A stretch of DNA of 64,000 nt from Planctomycetota bacterium. Lineage in GTDB: Bacteria > Planctomycetota > UBA1135 > UBA2386. Below the pieces are notes generated by a model. It worked only from the letters and a program-made list of their open reading frames with translations. It was not told the origin of the DNA and ran no database searches. Below, piece by piece: positions 57,287-64,000 of the stretch. The stretch is from NCBI GenBank assembly GCA_965223545.1, contig OZ245006.1, positions 5,024,001-5,088,000 on the forward strand, read 5' to 3'. Positions within the stretch are counted from its first letter, which is position 1, and every line of letters starts with the position of its first letter. A program made the translations under genes and the position numbers.

Positions 57287-59143
57287 ATGCGCGATTCCTC
57301 CCGCCGCCGCTACCTGCGTTTTCGTCGTGACTTCTTCGAGAAGCGGTTGGCGACCATGCTGCCGCAAGCGGAGTCGGCGCGCGGTGGGCTGCGCCGCTAC
57401 TTTCGCTGGTTGAAGGGGCACTGGGGGGCGATCAGCGGCAACGTCACTCTGGCGCTCGTCGTCGCCGGGCTCGAGTCGCTGCATCCGCTGTTCCTCAAAC
57501 ACATCGTCGACGGCGTGCTGCTGCCGGTCGAGATGACGACCGAGCAGCGCCTGCGTGCGCTGCACTGGGCCGGCGGGATCTTCTTGGCGGTGGTGGTCGT
57601 CGGCCAGCTGCTGCAGTTGATGCGGAACTACCACCAGCGCCAACTCAACGTTCGCCTGACCCTGTCGCTGCGGCGCCAATTGTACGAGCGCATCCTGCAC
57701 CTGCCGGTGCGCACGCTGCACGAGATGAAGACCGGGGGCGTGATCTCGCGGGTCACCAGCGACGTCGACACGACGACGGGACTGTTGCAGCTCGCCTTGA
57801 TCTCGCCGGGCGTGTCGGCGGTGCGGTTGTTGATCGCGTTCGGCATCCTGTTCGCGCTGAACTGGCGCTTGGCGCTGACCGCACTGGCGGTGTTGCCAGG
57901 GATCGCGTTGGTCAGCTTCTGGTCGGCGCGCCGGATCCGCCCGATCTACCGGGATCTGCGCAAGGACGCTGCCGCGGTCGACGCCAGAGTCAGTGAGGCG
58001 GCGGGGGGCATCCGCGTCGTGCGCGCGTTCCAACGCGAGCGACGCGAGCTGTTGGCGTTCTCGGTCGGGCGACACACGATGGTGCGCAAGCAGCTGTTCG
58101 CGCACCGCCGAGAGCTCGTGTTGTGGACCGCGTGGGGGCTGATGCTCGCGGCGGTCAACGTGATCATCGTTTGGTTCGGCGGCTATCTGCAGATCACCTC
58201 GACGGCGAGCGTCGGTGACATCATGGCGTTTCAGTGGTACACGTTCATGCTGCTGACACCGGTGTGGCAGATCGTCAACTCCTTCTCCGAGCTGCAGCGG
58301 TCACTGGCGGCGATGGAGCGCGTGTTCGAGATATTGGCGATGCCGCCCGAGATGCCGGATCAGCCCGCTGCGCGGCCGGCGCCGACTGTCGTCGAGGAGC
58401 TCCGTTTCGAAGGCGTGAGCTTCGGCTACGGCGATGGAGAGGCGGTGTTGCATGACATCGACGTCGCGGTGCCGGGTGGGTCCGTGGTTGCGCTGGTCGG
58501 GCGTAGCGGAGCGGGCAAGAGCACGATGGTCGACCTCGTGGCGCGGTTGCATGATCCGACCCGGGGCCGCGTCACGCTCAACGGCACCGACCTGCGCGAC
58601 TACACGCTGCGCTCATACCGCGAACGGCTCGGTGTCGTGCAGCAAGACGTGTTCTTGTTCGACGGCACGATCGCCGAGAACATCCGCTACGGGCGGCAGG
58701 GGGCAACCGACGCCGAGATCGAGGAGGCGGCGCGGCGCGCCAATGCGGACGAATTCGTCACCGCGTTGCCGGATGGCTATGACACCGTGGTCGGCGAGCG
58801 CGGCGTCAAGCTCTCCGGCGGGCAGTGCCAGCGGTTGTCGATCGCGCGCGCGATCTTGGCGGCTCCACAGATCCTGATCTTGGACGAGGCGACCAGCGCG
58901 TTGGATACCGAGAGCGAGCAGGCGATCCAAGGCGCGTTGCGCGCGGTGTTCCGCGGGCGGACGACGTTCGTCGTCGCGCATCGGCTGTCCACGATTACCA
59001 CTGCGGATCTGATCCTCGTGCTCGACGGCGGTCGGATCGTCGAGCGTGGCCGGCACGCCGACTTGATGGCGCGGCGCGGTGCGTACTACCAAATGGTGCA
59101 ACGCCAGCACCGCGCGACGCGCGGCGACCCGGCACACTCCTGA
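57287..59143 (+). CDS. ABC transporter ATP-binding/permease (MsbA-like exporter)
   Basis: 6-TM domain, GRSGAGKS, LSGGQ, ILDEATSALD, AHRLST. Confidence 0.95.
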   Translation: MRDSSRRRYLRFRRDFFEKRLATMLPQAESARGGLRRYFRWLKGHWGAISGNVTLALVVAGLESLHPLFLKHIVDGVLLPVEMTTEQRLRALHWAGGIFLAVVVVGQLLQLMRNYHQRQLNVRLTLSLRRQLYERILHLPVRTLHEMKTGGVISRVTSDVDTTTGLLQLALISPGVSAVRLLIAFGILFALNWRLALTALAVLPGIALVSFWSARRIRPIYRDLRKDAAAVDARVSEAAGGIRVVRAFQRERRELLAFSVGRHTMVRKQLFAHRRELVLWTAWGLMLAAVNVIIVWFGGYLQITSTASVGDIMAFQWYTFMLLTPVWQIVNSFSELQRSLAAMERVFEILAMPPEMPDQPAARPAPTVVEELRFEGVSFGYGDGEAVLHDIDVAVPGGSVVALVGRSGAGKSTMVDLVARLHDPTRGRVTLNGTDLRDYTLRSYRERLGVVQQDVFLFDGTIAENIRYGRQGATDAEIEEAARRANADEFVTALPDGYDTVVGERGVKLSGGQCQRLSIARAILAAPQILILDEATSALDTESEQAIQGALRAVFRGRTTFVVAHRLSTITTADLILVLDGGRIVERGRHADLMARRGAYYQMVQRQHRATRGDPAHS

Positions 59144-59174
59144 CCGGCGTGACGCGTCTTTCGTGCGCCCGCCG

Positions 59175-60533
59175 TCATTTGGCGTCGAGCAGCTTCTGCA
59201 GCTGGAACTCGATGTGTTGCAGCTGTGCTTCGATGCGATCCAGGCGGTCGCTGTCCGCCCCCGGTGTGACTGCCGGATCGGGCATCCGTGGCTCTGGTTG
59301 GGGTGGGCCGGAGGGCTGCACTTTGTTCAGGTCTTCGCGCACGACGAAACCCGGTGGTTGTGTTCTCCAGGCTTCCTGCCGTTGCATGAATCCCGCTCCG
59401 AGCAGGAACAGCCGATCCGTGTCCTCTGGCGTGAAATTGTCGACGGCGAGCTCGAGTCCGTCCGGCATGGTGACGAAGCGGAACTCGGCTCCCCACGCCC
59501 GCGACAGCAGGTAGAGATGGAGCACGTGCTCGGACACCATGGTGTAGCTCATCATGGTCACCGTGCGCAGCGCGATGCCGAGGGTGTCGCGTTGGACGTC
59601 GACCGGGCACGGACGCAGTGAGCCGTTGTGGATCACGTACATGGTCACGTCCACGTCGTCCCACGAGATACCGGCGCGCTCCGCGGACAGGTAGCCGTCG
59701 AACACGTTCTGCGGGACGAACAGCGGGCGCATCACCGCCCCATCGGCGTGCAGCTCGTCGCGATCGTCGTGCGTGAACCGGACCGGCGGATAGACCACTG
59801 GAATCGACGCCGAAGCGGTCAACACGCGCCGGAACAACTCCAAGGCTTCGTCCGTGCGCCGCACGGCGATCGCGCCCATGTCCCAGACGACGAAGTCGCC
59901 GACATCGAGGTTGGTCGATCCGACGAACAACCGGCGGCCTTGTTCGTGCTTGGTGGCGACGGCTTCGAGCAGGGACCGGTCGACCGCCTCGGCGATCGAA
60001 GCGCGTAGCGGTCGATTGTCGGCGAGCGACTCGTCCCACAGCACCGAGGCGAGCAGCCCCTTCTCGCGGTGCATGTCCTGCGGCTCGATGCGACGGAACA
60101 GCTGCTCGATGCGCGCATCGAAAGCGGGTCCAGCGAACGCGAACGGAGCCAGCAAGGCACCGACGCTGACGCCCGTGACGAGCCAGAAGTCGGGCCGGTC
60201 CCCCCGCCGCGACCACTCGGTGAGGATGCCGGCGCCGAAGGCGCCGTTGACCCCGCCAGAGCTCAGCACGAGCATGTCGTAGGCGCGCCGCCCGCGCAGA
60301 CCGGGATCCGTGCGCGCCAGCTCGGCAACGGCCGCGTCGAAGTTGGCCTGGATCGCGTCGCTGGGGTAGCCGTCGATGCCCCGGACATCTTCGAAGCCGG
60401 CGATCGGTGCGACGACGCCGTGCCGTTCCGACACGATCGCGGTGCGCAGCGGCCATCCACAGCCTGCCGCTACGACGAGTGGGGCACTCACCAACAAGGC
60501 GAAGCCAGGCGCGAAGCCGAGTTTGGACAGCAT
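59175..60533 (-). CDS. Patatin-like phospholipase (lipoprotein)
   Basis: SSGGVNGAFG, GVSVG (GxSxG), ASASIP, ADGA. Confidence 0.9.
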   Translation of the reverse strand: MLSKLGFAPGFALLVSAPLVVAAGCGWPLRTAIVSERHGVVAPIAGFEDVRGIDGYPSDAIQANFDAAVAELARTDPGLRGRRAYDMLVLSSGGVNGAFGAGILTEWSRRGDRPDFWLVTGVSVGALLAPFAFAGPAFDARIEQLFRRIEPQDMHREKGLLASVLWDESLADNRPLRASIAEAVDRSLLEAVATKHEQGRRLFVGSTNLDVGDFVVWDMGAIAVRRTDEALELFRRVLTASASIPVVYPPVRFTHDDRDELHADGAVMRPLFVPQNVFDGYLSAERAGISWDDVDVTMYVIHNGSLRPCPVDVQRDTLGIALRTVTMMSYTMVSEHVLHLYLLSRAWGAEFRFVTMPDGLELAVDNFTPEDTDRLFLLGAGFMQRQEAWRTQPPGFVVREDLNKVQPSGPPQPEPRMPDPAVTPGADSDRLDRIEAQLQHIEFQLQKLLDAK

Positions 60534-60644
60534 GCGCGCAGCTTAGCCAGCCACGTGGCGTCCCGGCAATTCACTCCGCGAACGGGCGCGACTGGGCCGC
60601 GCAAAACGCGTAACTTGCCCCGGTCCTTCGCCGATGGAGTCCAC

Positions 60645-61253
60645 ATGGCCTCGCTGACCAAGTACTTCCTGCGTGGCACGCTGGTGCTGATCCCACTCCT
60701 GGTGACCGGCTACGTGATCTGGTTGGTCGCGACCACGATGGGCCCACTGGTCAAGTGGGTGGGTGATGCGGTCGGTGGCCCGGCAGTCAGCGACGTGATG
60801 CAGTACGTGCTCGGCACACTCGTCACGTTGGCTGGAGTCACCCTGCTGGGACGGTTCGCCTCGAACTACCTCGGCGCCAAGCTGATCACCTGGCTCGAGC
60901 AGCTGGTCGAGAAGGTGCCACTGGTCAAGCTGCTGCACGGCTCGGTGCGGGATCTGCTCGGCGCGTTCGTCGGCGACGAGAAGAGCTTCGACCGGCCGGT
61001 GATGGTGCGCCTCGACGGCGGCGCGGCGGTCGTGGGGTTCGTCACCCGCGACGACCTGAGTTTCCTCGGCGCGACCGATCACGTCGCCGTGTACCTGCCG
61101 CAGTCCTACAACTTCGCCGGCAATCTCATCGTCGTGCCCGGCGATCGCGTGCAGAGCCTCGACGCGCCGAGCTCGGCCGTCATGGCGTTTCTGGTGTCAG
61201 GCGGCGTCTCTGCCAAGAAGGAGGACGCCGCCGGCAAGGCGACGGCCTCTTGA
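60645..61253 (+). CDS. DUF502 domain membrane protein
   Basis: FLRG...P, KVPLVK, GFVT, AVYLP, FLVSGG. Confidence 0.88.
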   Translation: MASLTKYFLRGTLVLIPLLVTGYVIWLVATTMGPLVKWVGDAVGGPAVSDVMQYVLGTLVTLAGVTLLGRFASNYLGAKLITWLEQLVEKVPLVKLLHGSVRDLLGAFVGDEKSFDRPVMVRLDGGAAVVGFVTRDDLSFLGATDHVAVYLPQSYNFAGNLIVVPGDRVQSLDAPSSAVMAFLVSGGVSAKKEDAAGKATAS

Positions 61254-61759
61254 GCGTCCGGCGCCTCGAATCGTCGAGCTGCGACAACATTTTCGAGGCG
61301 ACGTCGCTGCCATGGCGACAATGCCGCCGCGCCGGAGGCTCGGAGAGACAGTGCCTCCTGGCTCAGCGCGGCGGCGGATGGGTCGGACCTTCCAAAGCGC
61401 TCCGGCAAGAGCGGCATCCGAGTTTGGTTGCGGCCGTGGCCGCGCTGAGCCTCCGGCGCCTCGAATCTTCGAGCTTCGACAACATTCTCGAGGCGACGTC
61501 GCTGCCATGGCGACAACGCCGCCGCGCCGGAGGCTCGGAGAGACAGTGCCTCCTGGCTCAGCGCGGCGGCGGATGGGTCAGGCCTTCAAAGCCGCTCCGG
61601 AAAAAGCGGCATCCGAGTTTGGTTGCGGCCGTGGCCGCGCTGAGCCTCAGGGTCCGCAAATCTTCGCGCGGCGACAACCTTTCGGAAGGCTCGATGCCGC
61701 TGGAACTTCGACCACGCAGCTCCCGGAGGCTTCCATGAGAGGGGCGATCCCGTCAACAG

Positions 61760-62052
61760 CTCTTTGTCTGTGGATCTGTTCTTCTTGAGAATCTGGGCGC
61801 CTTGGCGCCGCCCTGCGCGACAAGCTTCGGACTCCGCAGGCTTCCATACGCACTCTGATGGCCTCGTCCGAGACCGGTGCACGATGAGATCCGTCCGACC
61901 CGGCGCAGCTTTCTCGATAACGGCCTCGAGGGCCAAGCCTCCGGTCGCTGTCGCCGGGATCGGGCGGTGAGTCTTCAGCAGTGCAGGAGCGGCATCACGC
62001 CAGGTTCCTCCACGGTATTCGGTTGGTTGGGGGTGGGGCGATCATGGTTGGG
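61760..62052 (-). ncRNA. Putative bridge/seek RNA of the IS1111 element
   Basis: An internal loop presents CCGGAGGCU and UCGAG, matching both strands of the insertion site. Boundaries approximate. Confidence 0.75.
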
Positions 62053-63129
62053 TCATACCGCGGTGTGGGCAGCTACGCGGTCGCTGTTGTGGAGTGGGTC
62101 GTAGACCAAGCCATGACGCCACAGCCGATGCAGCAGTAGCGCGAGCTTGCGGGCAACCGCGACCGCCGCGCGTTTCCTCGCGCCGCGGCCGCCGCGGGCG
62201 ATCAGGCGTTGCCCGAAGCGCCGGAGGTCACAGTCCTTGCCGAACGGGCCGAGGATGTAGTGCGCACACTGCACCAGAAGCCGTCTCAGATAGCCGTCGC
62301 CAGCCTTGCTGATCGACAGCTCCGGATTGCTGTCGCCCGACGCGAAGCTCTTTGGGCACAAGCCGAGCCAGGAGCCCACGCGGCGGCTTTCGGCGAATCG
62401 TGTCGGATCCTCGATCGTCAGCACGAACGCGGTCGCTGTGACCGGCCCCACGCCGTTGACTTGCTGCACGACGGCGACCTCGGGGTATCGCTCGCGGCTC
62501 GCCTCGACGAGCGCCTTGTCGAGCTCGTCGATCCGGCGGGACAGGTCGGCGATCAAGTCCAGCAGCGGCTCCGCCGCAGTGAGTAGCAGGACCGGCATGG
62601 ACTCGCGAGCTCGCTTCGGGAACGCCGCGGTCGATGCCGACGGCAGCCGGACGCCGAAGCCCTTCGCCAGGCTCCGGACCTGCTGCACTGCCATCGTCCG
62701 CATCCTCACCAGCAGGTCGCGCGCACGAATGACCGACAGGTCGGCCTGTGCCTGCTCGCTGCGGTGGTGGATCGTGCCGAGCAACTCGGGCATCCCTGCC
62801 TCCAGGCGAGCCAGGGTCTCGGCATCGCGCCGGTCGGTCTTGCGAGGATCCTTGGCGATCAGCTGCACTCGGCGCGGGTCCACGACGTGAACGTCGTAGC
62901 CCTCCGAGCGCAACCGCCGAGACATCCAGGCCGACTGCGAGCCGGCCTCGAGAGCGACTCTGGCGCCCGGGAAGTCGCTCAGCGCCTTCGAGAGCGCTGT
63001 CGGCGTCGTCGGGAAACTGCCCCGCGCAACGACCGTCCGCGACGCGTCCAGTGCGCAGTAGTGGATGTTCCGATCGCCAATGTCGAGACCGATGGTCACG
63101 GGGGAGGTCTGAGCGGTAACTTTGGTCAT
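62053..63129 (-). CDS. IS110 family transposase/recombinase
   Basis: GLDIG, ALEAG, KTDRRDA (DEDD); VNGVGP, GLCPKSFASG, ISKAG, VAVARKL. Confidence 0.96.
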   Translation of the reverse strand: MTKVTAQTSPVTIGLDIGDRNIHYCALDASRTVVARGSFPTTPTALSKALSDFPGARVALEAGSQSAWMSRRLRSEGYDVHVVDPRRVQLIAKDPRKTDRRDAETLARLEAGMPELLGTIHHRSEQAQADLSVIRARDLLVRMRTMAVQQVRSLAKGFGVRLPSASTAAFPKRARESMPVLLLTAAEPLLDLIADLSRRIDELDKALVEASRERYPEVAVVQQVNGVGPVTATAFVLTIEDPTRFAESRRVGSWLGLCPKSFASGDSNPELSISKAGDGYLRRLLVQCAHYILGPFGKDCDLRRFGQRLIARGGRGARKRAAVAVARKLALLLHRLWRHGLVYDPLHNSDRVAAHTAV

Positions 63130-63267
63130 GGGTCGATCTGCTCCTTTGATTTTGCAGCGCCATTGTGTGGCGACTGCGTCGGAGGGATCGACCCTCTCAT
63201 CCCATCTCGAAGACAACACTGGCCTCTGGGGTTTGGTTGCGGCCGTGGCCGCGCTGAGCCCTCCGCC

Positions 63268-64000
63268 TCAGCAGCCAATCGTGAAGTCCAGCGCGTTGCA
63301 GAGCCCGAGCAACGACATTTCGTTGCCGACGACGGCCTGCACGGTGCCGCCCAACCCGAACAGGCCGGTGCTGGCTGGCACGGGGACTCCGATCTGCACC
63401 GGATTGCCGCCGGCCGGAGCCGAAATCGAGAACAACAGCGGGGTGAACGGGTCGATCAGCACTTCGCCGAACGAGACGACCGGGCCGTTGCCGGCGCCAG
63501 TCGTCGCCACCACTGCGGCGAACTGGGCGCGACCAAGACCGGTCGTGTCGATCTGCAGCGGCCAGTCCTGGCCGATCGAGGGCGTCGCGGTGCTGCTGAG
63601 GCAGGTCATGTTCACGCCACTGCCATTGCGCGGCGTCGCCGTGGCCAGCACGAAGCCCGGGGCGCGGGCCAGCTTGATCTCCACTTGCGCGCCGCTCGCG
63701 GTGACGTTGACGCGCACGTCCTGCGTGATGTAGCAGGGGTGGGAGACGCGCAGCGTGTGCGTGCCGGTCGGCAAGAACGCGTGGTAGCGGCCGAAGCGGG
63801 GCTCACTGCGGTTCTGCTCGCCCAGGGTGAACGGGTTCTCGACGTAGCGGATGTCGGCCTGGATCGGCGCGCCCGACGTTGCGTCGGTGACGTGTCCCGA
63901 GACCGGGATCGGCCGCTGAATGAACCAGACCGTGCCCGGCCAGAGCCGCGTCGCCTCGCTCTGCGCGCTGCTGATCGACGGCGACTGCGTCGTGCTGATC
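63268..64000 (-). CDS. C-terminal part of a secreted protein with a carboxypeptidase regulatory-like domain (probably M14 peptidase)
   Basis: VSGHVTDATSGAPI...GRYHAFLPTGTHTLRVSHPCY; the frame is open to the window edge. Confidence 0.7.
   Translation of the reverse strand, partial: ISTTQSPSISSAQSEATRLWPGTVWFIQRPIPVSGHVTDATSGAPIQADIRYVENPFTLGEQNRSEPRFGRYHAFLPTGTHTLRVSHPCYITQDVRVNVTASGAQVEIKLARAPGFVLATATPRNGSGVNMTCLSSTATPSIGQDWPLQIDTTGLGRAQFAAVVATTGAGNGPVVSFGEVLIDPFTPLLFSISAPAGGNPVQIGVPVPASTGLFGLGGTVQAVVGNEMSLLGLCNALDFTIGC

Larger units (their letters stand above)
61732..63207 (-). mobile_element. IS1111-group (IS110 family) element
   Basis: Subterminal IRs atgagaggggcgatccc (61735-61751) / gggatcgaccctctcat (63184-63200); CT core at both junctions; long non-coding region downstream of the ORF. 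Confidence 0.92.
61251..63262. repeat. 195-bp structured tandem repeat (two full units plus a diverged third unit split by IS1111)
   Basis: Units start at 61251, 61446 and 61641; the third unit resumes at 63208 and ends with gtttggttgcggccgtggccgcgctgagcc. Confidence 0.9.

Noticed and set aside
61251..61730. Tandem repeats as a CRISPR array or coding repeat
   Set aside because: Whole 195-bp units are repeated with no unique spacers and no cas genes; the overlapping ORFs look non-coding.

Overview
A GC-rich bacterial chromosome segment. Gene content (HEAT/vWA protein, Hanks kinase, secreted repeat proteins) suggests a Planctomycetota-like organism; this is inference. From left to right it holds: the N-terminal part of a large secreted protein built from near-identical 621-bp repeats; a lipA-E1a-E1b-E2-E1a-E3 2-oxoacid dehydrogenase operon; a Wzy-type exopolysaccharide locus with a WbpA/B/E/D-like sugar pathway; a probable selenoprotein (TlpA-like, WUGPC with in-frame UGA and a SECIS-like hairpin); and housekeeping genes (recD2, rpsU, RluA-family, ABC transporter, patatin, DUF502). 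Five mobile elements have boundaries that can be read from the sequence. Two IS110-family elements are each inserted into a different palindromic repeat family, and their non-coding ends contain guide-like matches to target and donor DNA (bridge/seek RNA architecture, very clean for the element at 61.7-63.2 kb). An ISL3 element carries a complete group II intron and splits the signal peptide of a secreted protein. An IS66 element splits a MATE gene. A GTAC-led REP/REPIN family is dispersed through the window, and a 195-bp structured tandem repeat lies near the right end.
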